Part shown: positions 1-8,714 of the stretch, in pieces
Layout of the letters: each line of letters begins with the position of its first letter
How positions within the stretch are numbered: position 1 is the stretch's first letter
Source of the DNA: a virus
Lineage: Duplodnaviria; Caudoviricetes
Direction: 5' to 3' (one strand)
Virus record (IMG/VR): IMGVR_UViG_3300034001_000024
Span: 1 to 38,775 of that record
DNA: 38,775 bases
Notes under the pieces: model-generated
What the model was told of the DNA's origin: nothing
Database searches by the model: none
Seen by the model: the letters and a program-made list of their open reading frames with translations, nothing else
Translations under genes and position numbers: made by a program

Positions 1-1284
1 TCATCCGGCCTTTTTCTTTGGGATTTTGCTGTTTTTGGCCGGGCGTCGCTTTTGCACAGAGTTGCCAGAAGTTGCACCATCCGTATCTACTGAGGAGGCT
101 TTTGTGGAGGCCAAAGCCACCAGAAACGCCGATGCGGCAGCGGCTCTGGCACGCGACTCCGGTGTGCTGTGGACGTACTTTGTGGTCTCCGTAATCGAGT
201 GATGGCCTGCCCAGTCGCGCACTGTGGCTAAATCTACGCCCTGCTGTAGAAGATTAGTAAGGCACGTATGCCTTAAATCGTGAACCGTCCACCCGCCCTC
301 AACCTGCTGACCATACAAGATTTCGCAGGCTTCTGATGCCTGCCGGAACACCGAGCGAATCCAGTGATCACGGCAGTTGAAAACGTGCGTCGCATCTCCG
401 CGCCCGTCACGCTTGCGCTGCATGATGATCTTTACGACACCGGGCACATGGATAACACGGTCTTTGCCGGTCTTATTAGCGCGCAGCAAGACGGTTTCAA
501 AGTGCTCATTTACGTCCGTCCATCTAATGCCAGCTGCAGCGCGGTCTTCGCGCTCCACGGTTGGAAGTATCTCATCAAACCTCGCGCCCGTTCCTAATCC
601 GACCCTGAAAAAGTCCCATACGTCGCGCCACTCTTCATTCGCGGCCAGCGCGGCAGAGAGCGCTTTGATTTCATCATCAGTAAGTATGCGCATGCGGCTC
701 TTGTCCGCATCCTTCATTGATGGACGGCGTGGTAGCCTGTATCCGGCCAGATCAGGGCGTGTCTCGGCCGCATGGTAGAGAGCCGCACGGATGCCGTTTA
801 CGTGGCGCGCGATCGACGATGGCTTCAGTCCACGCTGCCGTTCGTGTGCGACGTAGGATGTGAAGTCGTCGCGCGTTAACTCCCGCACAGCACGCCCCCG
901 GCCAGCAAACTCCGCCCACTGTTTGATGGTAGTGACCTGTCCTTTGTATCTTTTCGCATAACGAGCGCCGTGCCTGCCGACCCACTTCTCTTCGAGTGAC
1001 TTACAATAGCCATCCACGGCTTCGCCGATGGTCGTAGCCTTCACTGGCGTCGGCGGCTCGATGCCGAACCTGCGCTGCCGCGATTCGAGCTTGAGTTTCG
1101 CTACAGCAGCCTCTGCGTCCCCTTTCGTGACGAACCCACTGGCTGCGCGACGATGCCATTTTCCATCGCTCTCCAGCACGCGGATCTCGTATCTCCAGCA
1201 GCGACCGTAACGCGCAGTCTCTTCCTGCCAGATGCCATATCTCTTTATTTTCTTTTCTTCTGTTTCTTTCTTTCGGCGGGACAT
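1..1284 (-). CDS. int: Tyrosine recombinase / phage integrase (about 427 aa)
   Basis: Catalytic motifs GARFDE (R), NKTG (K), HDLRHT, GHHS and TKY; N-terminal arm-binding-like region (RYEIR...SGFVTKGDAEAA). Start placed at ATG 1284 because the longer ORF overlaps xis on the opposite strand. Confidence 0.93.
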   Translation of the reverse strand: MSRRKKETEEKKIKRYGIWQEETARYGRCWRYEIRVLESDGKWHRRAASGFVTKGDAEAAVAKLKLESRQRRFGIEPPTPVKATTIGEAVDGYCKSLEEKWVGRHGARYAKRYKGQVTTIKQWAEFAGRGRAVRELTRDDFTSYVAHERQRGLKPSSIARHVNGIRAALYHAAETRPDLAGYRLPRRPSMKDADKSRMRILTDDEIKALSAALAANEEWRDVWDFFRVGLGTGARFDEILPTVEREDRAAAGIRWTDVNEHFETVLLRANKTGKDRVIHVPGVVKIIMQRKRDGRGDATHVFNCRDHWIRSVFRQASEACEILYGQQVEGGWTVHDLRHTCLTNLLQQGVDLATVRDWAGHHSITETTKYVHSTPESRARAAAASAFLVALASTKASSVDTDGATSGNSVQKRRPAKNSKIPKKKAG

Positions 1285-1287
1285 ATC

Positions 1288-1324
1288 GCTAGACAATAGC
1301 CTGATGCGTTTCGACTTGTCTAGC
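1288..1324. promoter_or_regulatory. Inverted repeat GCTAGACAA-N19-TTGTCTAGC in the int/xis divergent intergenic region; candidate operator
   Basis: Perfect 9-bp arms at 1288-1296 and 1316-1324. Confidence 0.5.
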
Positions 1325-1351
1325 CGGGTGTGTTTCTGAGATATTAGCTGC

Positions 1352-1537
1352 ATGGGAGATACAAAAGTCTTCCTGACCCCAGCAGAAGTGGCGTACCTGC
1401 TGGAAATTTCGGTCAGCGCCGTGTACCACAAATCCGCAGGTACATCATCGCTGCCCCGATATCGTTTCGGGCGGCTTCTCCGGTTCAAAAAAGCGGATGT
1501 CGATAAGTTCATTTCGGATCGCAAGTCCCGCATGTAA
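1352..1537 (+). CDS. xis: Excisionase-like HTH_17 DNA-binding protein
   Basis: LTPAEVAYLLEISVSAVY...LPRYRFGRLLRFKKADVDKF is the typical MerR/Xis-like winged-helix signature; adjacent to int. Confidence 0.85.
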   Translation: MGDTKVFLTPAEVAYLLEISVSAVYHKSAGTSSLPRYRFGRLLRFKKADVDKFISDRKSRM

Positions 1538-2003
1538 CTATCGACGATCGGAGACATACTGCCCGCATCAGCGATGGTGCGGGCAGTTCTATTTGCAGCG
1601 TGTTGTGCTGCGGAGCTACGCTGCGCGCCGCATGCGGAACCCACCATCAGCCGCTGCCCTGCGGCGACTCGCGTACGAGAAGATCCAAGCCGCCGGCCCG
1701 GACTGGCAAGAGAGACTAACCAATTGGTGGGTGATCGGACTGCGCCGCGAGGATTGCATCGTTGCGCGCCCTGTGCTGGCCGTCCACGCTCGTTGGATCA
1801 TGACCGGCACGCGCTACGCACTGCATGATGGCCTCAACACAGGCGAAACCATTGCCGAGTCCGTTAGCGTCTGCCAAGTGCGGCCAGATGAGTGGGCGGC
1901 ATTATCCAAGTATCTCGAACAACAGATCGTGATCGACAATACGCTTAATGCCATCATGGCAGCTACGGATACAGCAGTGAGCGATGATGAGTGGCCGTTT
2001 TGA
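1497..2003 (+). CDS. Hypothetical phage protein (start uncertain)
   Basis: ORF co-directional with xis with acidic C-terminus DDEWPF; no motif recognised. Confidence 0.5.
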   Translation: MSISSFRIASPACNYRRSETYCPHQRWCGQFYLQRVVLRSYAARRMRNPPSAAALRRLAYEKIQAAGPDWQERLTNWWVIGLRREDCIVARPVLAVHARWIMTGTRYALHDGLNTGETIAESVSVCQVRPDEWAALSKYLEQQIVIDNTLNAIMAATDTAVSDDEWPF

Positions 2004-2036
2004 CGCGCGGCTGATGTCCCGGTACAGTGCATCCAG

Positions 2037-2603
2037 ATGACAAACAGCAGCGAGCGCATCGCGCGCATCAGAGAGATCGCTGACAACGACGACCCGCAGC
2101 AGGAGCAGATTTGCCTGCTGACCATTCAGGAATACGATGCCGAGGAGCAGCCGGGAAGCCAGCGCATCGTGGATTACTGCAAAAAAGATGAACTGGCCAA
2201 GGGCATGATCGCGCTGGCCGAGCGTTACACGGCGCAGGGCATGGACGTGCTCGTAGGTTTCATCGATGCGCGCGATGCCAGCGATGACGACTGGCACGAG
2301 ATCATCGACTACCTCGTGCAGCAGGATGAGGGTGAACGGCTCGCCGATCTGTGCGAAGCGCAAGCGCACATACAGGCACATCAGGCTGACGAGATCACAG
2401 AGGCGGATGCGTGGGAAGAGATGGCCATGGATCCGGACATGCTCGCGCACCGGCGGGTGTATCAGGGAGCGCAGCGCCAGGAGCCGGTGACGGGCAAGTG
2501 CTCGACGTGCGGCGGCCGTGGCGTGGTCGAGCATCCAGTAATCGCAGGCTACTTCGGCGACTGCCCCGATTGTGGCGTGCTGGACGATCGGATTCTGATG
2601 TAA
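2037..2603 (+). CDS. Hypothetical acidic protein with C-terminal zinc finger
   Basis: CSTCGGRG...CPDCG (DnaJ-like Cys motif) at the C-terminus. Confidence 0.7.
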   Translation: MTNSSERIARIREIADNDDPQQEQICLLTIQEYDAEEQPGSQRIVDYCKKDELAKGMIALAERYTAQGMDVLVGFIDARDASDDDWHEIIDYLVQQDEGERLADLCEAQAHIQAHQADEITEADAWEEMAMDPDMLAHRRVYQGAQRQEPVTGKCSTCGGRGVVEHPVIAGYFGDCPDCGVLDDRILM

Positions 2604-2668
2604 CTACGATGCCCAAGATATACACGAAAGAGAGAATTTAACCACAAGGTATTGACGGCCCGGAAACA

Positions 2669-3568
2669 ATGACTGTAAATTGCAAAGCCATGAGCGACTC
2701 CATGAACTCCCCGTTCCGGTATCCCGGCGGCAAATTCTATGCGCGAGACCTAATTATCCCGCACATCCCTCCGCACGATGCGTACCTAGAACCTTTTGCC
2801 GGTGGAGGATCGATCTTCTTCATGAAGGAAAAGGCGGCCTTCAATCAACTAAACGATGCTGATGAGGAACTCATCAATACCTATCTTATGATTCGGGATC
2901 AGCCGGAGGAGTTGATTGGATTTCTAGCCAATGAGCAGGCTACTAAGGAGAGGCACGGCTGGTATAAAAACGAGTTCCAGCCAGGAAACGATCTAGAGCG
3001 CGCTGGGCGTTGGTACTACTTAAACCGCACCAGCTATTCCGGCATCATGAAGCTCCAGAACTGCTTTTGGGGCTACGGCGATAAATACTCCATGCGGCCT
3101 GAGAACTGGCCTCGTAACATTCGTCGCACATCAGCAAAACTGCAGAATGTGTTGATTACTAACTGGGATTTCCAACAGGCTATAGAAGGAGTACCAGACG
3201 GAGCATTCCTGTTCGTCGACCCGCCGTATTATAATGCTGACCAAGATAAATTCTATAACCACATCTTTACACATGATGACCATGTCCGACTGGCGCAAGT
3301 TCTGCATGAGCATCGCCATCGTGTTAAGTTTCTGATCACCTACGATAACTGCGATGATGTACGCGACCTCTACGAGTGGGCGACCGAGATGCACGGGCGC
3401 GAGTGGAACTATGTCATCGCCCGCACCGACGATCAGAAGAAAGAAGCCAAGGACAAGCCAAAGCTGAAGGGAACGCGTGGCAAAGGGCGCGAGTTGTTCA
3501 TCGTTAATTACATCTCCAGTGAGTTGGAACAACAATATATTGGCATGCAGATGGCTATCGCCTTCTAG
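2669..3568 (+). CDS. DNA adenine N6-methyltransferase, D12/Dam class (start may be ATG 2690)
   Basis: FRYPGGK, EPFAGGGS (SAM-binding) and DPPY catalytic motifs. Confidence 0.93.
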   Translation: MTVNCKAMSDSMNSPFRYPGGKFYARDLIIPHIPPHDAYLEPFAGGGSIFFMKEKAAFNQLNDADEELINTYLMIRDQPEELIGFLANEQATKERHGWYKNEFQPGNDLERAGRWYYLNRTSYSGIMKLQNCFWGYGDKYSMRPENWPRNIRRTSAKLQNVLITNWDFQQAIEGVPDGAFLFVDPPYYNADQDKFYNHIFTHDDHVRLAQVLHEHRHRVKFLITYDNCDDVRDLYEWATEMHGREWNYVIARTDDQKKEAKDKPKLKGTRGKGRELFIVNYISSELEQQYIGMQMAIAF

Positions 3569-4460
3569 TTGGAATAAAGCTTTGGAACACTTGCAGGCAG
3601 TTTGCTAATTCGATCCATCCGTTTGTTGGCTGCGGCACAAGTTCATCTGGTTGTTCATCTACCTTACCGAAGTTGATGAGCGGATAGTTGGGAATGAACC
3701 CACACGTACGAACAGTCTCCAACTTTTTGCAACTCTTCTTACCGCATATAACGCCGCTCGCCTTCGATACTGCCAGTTGATCCGAACGAATGAGATAGAC
3801 TTTGTTGTAGACAAATTCCTGCAGTCCGCCTTCGGTTTCAGACGGCGGGTTGAGTCTCTTTATAAACTCCAGTCCAGCCTCAGTAGGTTGGAATTTATAA
3901 GCCATGTTGCCATCTTCATCCTCGATTGTTTCATAAAATGCGTTGCCGATAGATGTAGCGACGATATTGAAATGTGAAGCCCGATACTGATCGCTATGCG
4001 CTAAGAACGCCTCAGGAGTCACTTTGAGTTGCTTCGCCATGGAGGCGACTTTATCTGGCGATTTAGTGGTGCGGGAGCGCATGCATTTTACTGCAATTGT
4101 ATAGTCGCCCTTCTGGATGTTACCGCCCTGCGCCCGCTTCGCTACTCTGAATTTGCCCTTTCCTGCGAGCTTGCATTCGACAGTGATGTGCGTTTCAGTC
4201 GGGATATGCGTCACCAGAACATCCATGTCATGAAGGCTACTCTGCGCGTTCATTATCGGCTTGGTCACTAACCACACATCGCCCGGCAGGATGCGCTTCA
4301 GACGCGCGTACGTCGAGAACTCAAATGCCTTGCCGCGAATCATCGGCGCAACTTTTAAGTCCGTAACGATCCGGTAGAGATCGTCGGTCGAGATGTTCAA
4401 TGAGCGGCAGTATTCTCGGAGATCGGCTATCCACTGCTCATGAGGAGAAGCTGTTGTCAT
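3555..4460 (-). CDS. Putative type II restriction endonuclease (PD-(D/E)XK fold)
   Basis: RGKAFE helix and DMDVLV...VECKLA nuclease motif; convergent with and overlapping the MTase by 14 nt; lower GC than the phage core. Confidence 0.7.
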   Translation of the reverse strand: MTTASPHEQWIADLREYCRSLNISTDDLYRIVTDLKVAPMIRGKAFEFSTYARLKRILPGDVWLVTKPIMNAQSSLHDMDVLVTHIPTETHITVECKLAGKGKFRVAKRAQGGNIQKGDYTIAVKCMRSRTTKSPDKVASMAKQLKVTPEAFLAHSDQYRASHFNIVATSIGNAFYETIEDEDGNMAYKFQPTEAGLEFIKRLNPPSETEGGLQEFVYNKVYLIRSDQLAVSKASGVICGKKSCKKLETVRTCGFIPNYPLINFGKVDEQPDELVPQPTNGWIELANCLQVFQSFIPTRRR

Positions 4461-4626
4461 TCTGCTATCTACCTTGAGAAGATTGGAACTGGGAAGAGCT
4501 TCCTTAATATCTTCTCAGAGTAGACAGGGCTTTGTCACGCTGCGGAGATGTGTATAGTAGTTGTAACACACACAATCTTCTGGCAGGATTTCCTCTTGAG
4601 CATCAGCAGATGCGTGAGGGTTCTGG

Positions 4627-4689
4627 CTAGTGTTTATGTTTTGTCTTGCTTAGCAGTTTCGCAGGTAAATCCATATCATCATCAATCAA
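4627..4689 (-). CDS. Possible 20-aa small ORF (MIDDDMDLPAKLLSKTKHKH)
   Basis: Perfect AAGGAGG Shine-Dalgarno (4697-4703) 7 nt before a TTG; downstream of the peptide gene. Very short and unverified. Confidence 0.3.
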   Translation of the reverse strand: MIDDDMDLPAKLLSKTKHKH

Positions 4690-4916
4690 AACACCGCCTC
4701 CTTAAGACGAAAACCTTCGGTTGAAACCTTTCGCAGTAGCAATGATTTTTGCTATCGCTCGCAGGCACAGCAGCAGCCGACACATCACATATTTTTGCTG
4801 TAACTATTTTTCGGATTTTGATGTATATTGTCGCGCGGACACACGCGCGCGGGCACACGACGACCGCGCCGCCTGTGAGCCTCACGGCAGCGAAGTCTTA
4901 CCTGATTATCACTGCA

Positions 4917-5072
4917 CTAGAACAGGAGACTTTGCAGCAGGTCGAGCACGATCATCATACTGTCTGGTGCTGGTGCTTGTTCCGTGACTCCTGTCTGCAT
5001 AATCCCTGCGAGAGCCGGGGAAGCCGACATCAGCATCACGAGGACAGCGACAGCTTTTCGATAGTTTTTCAT
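4917..5072 (-). CDS. Small secreted pro-peptide, 51 aa; candidate signalling peptide
   Basis: MKNYRKAVAVLVMLMSASPALA-GIMQTGVTEQAPAPDSMMIVLDLLQSLLF: basic N-region, hydrophobic core, ALA cleavage site; GAAGGGA upstream; divergent from the TPR-HTH gene. Confidence 0.75.
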   Translation of the reverse strand: MKNYRKAVAVLVMLMSASPALAGIMQTGVTEQAPAPDSMMIVLDLLQSLLF

Positions 5073-5133
5073 CTTGTTTTTCCCTTCGAGGTAAAGTGAA
5101 ACCAGCTCGTTACTGGTTTTCCAACGCGCTTTC

Positions 5134-5176
5134 TGCAAGAAGGCAGCGCAGAGGTCTGTTTGCAAGAATCCTTGCA
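5134..5176. promoter_or_regulatory. TGCAAG-N4-CTTGCA palindrome (5161-5176) plus half-site TGCAAGAA (5134-5141); candidate regulator site
   Basis: Seen directly in the intergenic region between the peptide and TPR-HTH genes. Confidence 0.45.
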
Positions 5177-5201
5177 TAAAACAGCGAAAGGTGACTTTGC
5201 A

Positions 5202-6692
5202 TTGAATTTAACAGCCTTACATCAACAGTTGAGTAACCCGGAACTGAGCCTTGATGAGCGTGTCCGCATCCGATGCCAGATCGCAGGCGAGCTTGAGCAC
5301 CGGGGGCAGTGCGAGGCAGCATGTGATGCGCTCGCCGACCTGTGGCAAGGGATCAGCGCAAGGCCATCTCTAGAGGGTTTAACAGAACTCACGGCGGCAG
5401 AAGTCCTATTACACATCGGAACTCTATCAAGCTGGTTTGCGAGTGTCCACCAGTTAGCCGACGAACAGGACGAGGCCAAAGACCTCATCAGCGAAAGCAT
5501 AGGTATCTTCCAGTCGCTCGGAGAAATGACCAAGGCAGCAGCCGCGCAGAGCGATCTTGCCTTCTGCTACTGGCGGGAAGGCGCGCTGGACGAAGCTCGC
5601 CTCATTTATCTCGAAGCACTTACCGGACTCCCTGAAGAAGCAATCGAACTGCGAACGCGCATCGCCATCCGTAGGTCGATGGTCGAGATCTCGGCGGGCA
5701 GGTACAACGACGCGAGACAGATCCTCGGAGAGATAAACGCAGATCGGATAGAAAGCGATGCGGTGCGCGGCAGGTATCACAACCAGCTCGGCGTCGTGCT
5801 CATGCAACTCAGCGCAGCAGAGGGGCGGCGGGACTATATTGACCAAGCAATTATCGAATATACCGCCGCGAGCCACTACTTCGAGCAGGCCGAGCACGCA
5901 AGCTACCGTGCGAGGGCGGAGAACAATATCGGTTATCTCCTCTACAAACTGGGCCGGTACGCGGAAGCCCATGAGCACCTTGATTATGCGCGCCGAACAT
6001 TCGTCGGTCTCAGAGACAGGGGCAGCGTCGCTCAGGTAGACGAAACCCGCTCCCGGCTCCTCCTCGCCGAAGGGCGAGAGCATGAAGCCATCGAAGTCAT
6101 CAGGAGCGCGGTACGGGCGCTTGAGAAGGGGCGGGAACGCGCTCAGCTCGCGGAAGCACTGACGACGAGGGGCGTGATCGAGGCGCGGATCGCAGACGCC
6201 CGTACCTCCCAGGCGACGCTCTACCGCGCCATCAACATCGCGGAGCGCGCAGGATCGACGGAAGATGCCGGGAAAGCCGTGCTCGCATTGATTGAGGAAC
6301 ACGCCGAGCGGCTGTCGGCAAAGGAGCTATTCAAGCTCTACGAACGCGCCGACGAACTGCTTGCAAAGAGCCAGGATGCGGAGACCATCTCAAGGCTCCG
6401 AGCGTGCGCCCGGCGGGTAATTAGCATGACCCGCGAGTACGCTGAGGAGAAACAAGAATTCGTAAAGAGCTGGCAGGACTTTTCCCTCACGAACGCAGTG
6501 CTTGACTACGAGGCAAGCGTGATCCGCCAGGCGCTCAGGGACGCCCAGGGCAGAGTCACCCGCGCGGCTCACCTTCTCGGCATCACGCATCAGGGCCTCG
6601 CGTACATCCTCGAAGGAAGGCAGAAGAAGCTGCTAGACGAACGGATACCGGCGCATCCGAGACGTGCGAGCATCTTCAAGCGCAAGCGCTAG
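5202..6692 (+). CDS. TPR-repeat protein with C-terminal Fis-type (HTH_8) DNA-binding domain; putative peptide-sensing regulator
   Basis: Multiple TPR-like repeats (e.g. ARAENNIGYLLYKLGRYAEAHEHLDYA) and terminal YEASVIRQALRDAQGRVTRAAHLLGITHQGL; no AAA+ domain. Start TTG 5202 (AAAGGTGA upstream) preferred over 5160. Confidence 0.85.
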   Translation: MNLTALHQQLSNPELSLDERVRIRCQIAGELEHRGQCEAACDALADLWQGISARPSLEGLTELTAAEVLLHIGTLSSWFASVHQLADEQDEAKDLISESIGIFQSLGEMTKAAAAQSDLAFCYWREGALDEARLIYLEALTGLPEEAIELRTRIAIRRSMVEISAGRYNDARQILGEINADRIESDAVRGRYHNQLGVVLMQLSAAEGRRDYIDQAIIEYTAASHYFEQAEHASYRARAENNIGYLLYKLGRYAEAHEHLDYARRTFVGLRDRGSVAQVDETRSRLLLAEGREHEAIEVIRSAVRALEKGRERAQLAEALTTRGVIEARIADARTSQATLYRAINIAERAGSTEDAGKAVLALIEEHAERLSAKELFKLYERADELLAKSQDAETISRLRACARRVISMTREYAEEKQEFVKSWQDFSLTNAVLDYEASVIRQALRDAQGRVTRAAHLLGITHQGLAYILEGRQKKLLDERIPAHPRRASIFKRKR

Positions 6693-6851
6693 TGCTGGCA
6701 CGTCCGCGACGAGGGGACGCGGTCTGTGCCGCCAAGCCGCGCCTAGAGGGTGGAGGCGCGGCTGACACGGCTGTCCATGCTGCTCTCGGAGGTGGCATGG
6801 ATGGTCGTGCATCAGAGATGTCGCCATGCTTTGAGAAGGGAAAGAAATTCT

Positions 6852-7622
6852 ATGTTCAAAAATACTTTTATCCTTAAGGCTGTGCTTCTCTTGGTATTAG
6901 CCGCATCAACGCTAGGCGCTTCGCTCTCATGTGCATCAAAACAACTTGATCGCAAGCAGGCTGCCGATCTCATTCGCCGCTCTCAGCCCTTCACTCAAGC
7001 GTACAAAATGATCGTCAGGCACGGCACTGACAGGCGCTATCTTGATCCGGTATCTCCTGATGAAACCAAAGCACAGGGCGAAGCTCGCGCAGTCGAGAAT
7101 TGGCGCACCAGTTATCCTTATAGGGCCGTGTTGATGCATCTCGGCTTAGTCGATGTGCGAGCGCAATACCAGAGCACGACTATGTACGGCGATAGAGAGG
7201 ATCGTAGCACATACGATCTCGATATAAATCTTTCTGATGCGGGGCAAAAACTATGGCGGGATTTGGGCATGGAGATAGACCATTCATCAGTGCCGCTCGC
7301 CAGGAGAAAGTTGATTGCCGTAACGGGCATCACAGGGGGCGGTAAAGAGGCGCGTGCCACCGCCGAGTTCACTTGGCAATGGGAACCCACGCCTGCTGGT
7401 GCAGCCATGTCACGCGGCACACCCGACTTTGAGCGGCTGCCTAATGAAGTGAAAAGTTTATTCGACAGCTCTGAATCATTCATGCCAACCTTTAAGGTCA
7501 AGACACCATTAAATCTTGGCGGCACAGGCCAAGGCATCGCAATCTTTCAGCGATACGACGATGGTTGGCGGATTGAATCTATCGAACCTGCCAAGACAAG
7601 CCCACTGAATCCACTCGATTGA
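6852..7622 (+). CDS. Putative lipoprotein / exported moron protein (about 256 aa)
   Basis: Signal peptide MFKNTFILKAVLLLVLAASTLGASLS-C with a lipobox-like Cys. Confidence 0.7.
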   Translation: MFKNTFILKAVLLLVLAASTLGASLSCASKQLDRKQAADLIRRSQPFTQAYKMIVRHGTDRRYLDPVSPDETKAQGEARAVENWRTSYPYRAVLMHLGLVDVRAQYQSTTMYGDREDRSTYDLDINLSDAGQKLWRDLGMEIDHSSVPLARRKLIAVTGITGGGKEARATAEFTWQWEPTPAGAAMSRGTPDFERLPNEVKSLFDSSESFMPTFKVKTPLNLGGTGQGIAIFQRYDDGWRIESIEPAKTSPLNPLD

Positions 7623-7736
7623 TAAGTAGATGCGCGTTCACCTATCGCGCATCACAGGCACGCATGTAGGCGGGAGCAGGATGTGCCGCAGCTGCCGTGC
7701 GGTGGGCGAGTACGCACGGCGGCCTCTTCATATGCA

Positions 7737-8714
7737 TCAGGCAGGGTCGACTGTGATGATGATATCCCGTAAGACGGGCGCTACGTTCCCGTACACCGTC
7801 AGGCGATAGGTTCGGGTGTCGGGCGGTGTCACCTGAAGCGAACCTGCCTGCAGCGGCATCTCGGTCACCACGCCGGTATCGAGATCGGTAATTGTGATGC
7901 GGTTGGCGTGCTTGCATGAATACGAAAACGTCACGCTCTCGCCGACGACGATGTGATCATCAGTAACCGAGTATGAGATAACGGACTGGGCGGCCAGCAC
8001 GCGCACCTGCACGTCCGACGTCGCCGTGCAGCTCGATGTGGCCGACAGGCGATAGGTGTACGTGGCCTCCGTCTGATTGTTCGGCGGCTCTGGCGACGGG
8101 ACGAAAGTGAATGTGCCGCTGGACGGAGGGGGACTCACGTTTATGGGCGTGCTGCTCGGCAGCTTCTGGATGTTGGCTGATGTTACCTGCGGCTGGAGAC
8201 TCCATGCCAATTGGACGGACTGTCCGTAGTTGATCTGCGTGGGCGTAGCCGTGAACGAGTTGATATTATTGCAGGCGTTGAACGTGATGACAATGACGTT
8301 CTCCTCGTGGTGGCCGTACGAACCATCAGCGATTAGCCGATACGTGATCTGCGACTGGCCGGAGGGCGGATCCGGTGGCGTCACCGTCCGGCTTCCCGAT
8401 GGGATATCGCTGGTCAGGTCGATGTCGGTGCCGGCAGTTACGTTGCGCAGGATGAGTTGCGTAGTGTGGCCCGTCACTTGGAAACTGAACGTCACCTGCT
8501 CGCCGTGGCTGATAGCGGTCTTATTCGATGTGAAGCTGATGATGAGCTTCACCTTGCTCATGATTGATACGGGCATATCATTCGGCGGATGCGTGGTGAA
8601 CAGCGGCTGCCGTTGCGGCTCATCCGGCAGAGGCTCGCCGGCTGATGCCTGGCGCTGGCGGATAGGGATGTTAATGATGATCGTGCCACCGCGCGGCACG
8701 CGGTATGAAGGCAT
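7737..8714 (-). CDS. Tail-associated protein with three Ig/PKD-like repeats (possible receptor-binding protein)
   Basis: Repeats FTSNKTAISHGEQVTFSF / FTATPTQINYGQSVQLAW / YSVTDDHIVVGESVTFSY; last gene of the tail operon; TAATG coupling to the upstream gene. Confidence 0.7.
   Translation of the reverse strand: MPSYRVPRGGTIIINIPIRQRQASAGEPLPDEPQRQPLFTTHPPNDMPVSIMSKVKLIISFTSNKTAISHGEQVTFSFQVTGHTTQLILRNVTAGTDIDLTSDIPSGSRTVTPPDPPSGQSQITYRLIADGSYGHHEENVIVITFNACNNINSFTATPTQINYGQSVQLAWSLQPQVTSANIQKLPSSTPINVSPPPSSGTFTFVPSPEPPNNQTEATYTYRLSATSSCTATSDVQVRVLAAQSVISYSVTDDHIVVGESVTFSYSCKHANRITITDLDTGVVTEMPLQAGSLQVTPPDTRTYRLTVYGNVAPVLRDIIITVDPA

Noticed and set aside
1-60. attL/attR core repeats
   Set aside because: The window starts and ends at stop codons; no terminal direct repeat or tRNA fragment is visible.
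1285-1647. N-terminal extension of the integrase ORF to 548 aa
   Set aside because: It overlaps the convincing xis gene on the opposite strand; integrase-like sequence starts near ATG 1284.
5202-6692. Sigma54 enhancer-binding protein call for the Fis-HTH protein
   Set aside because: No AAA+ domain, Walker motifs or GAFTGA loop.
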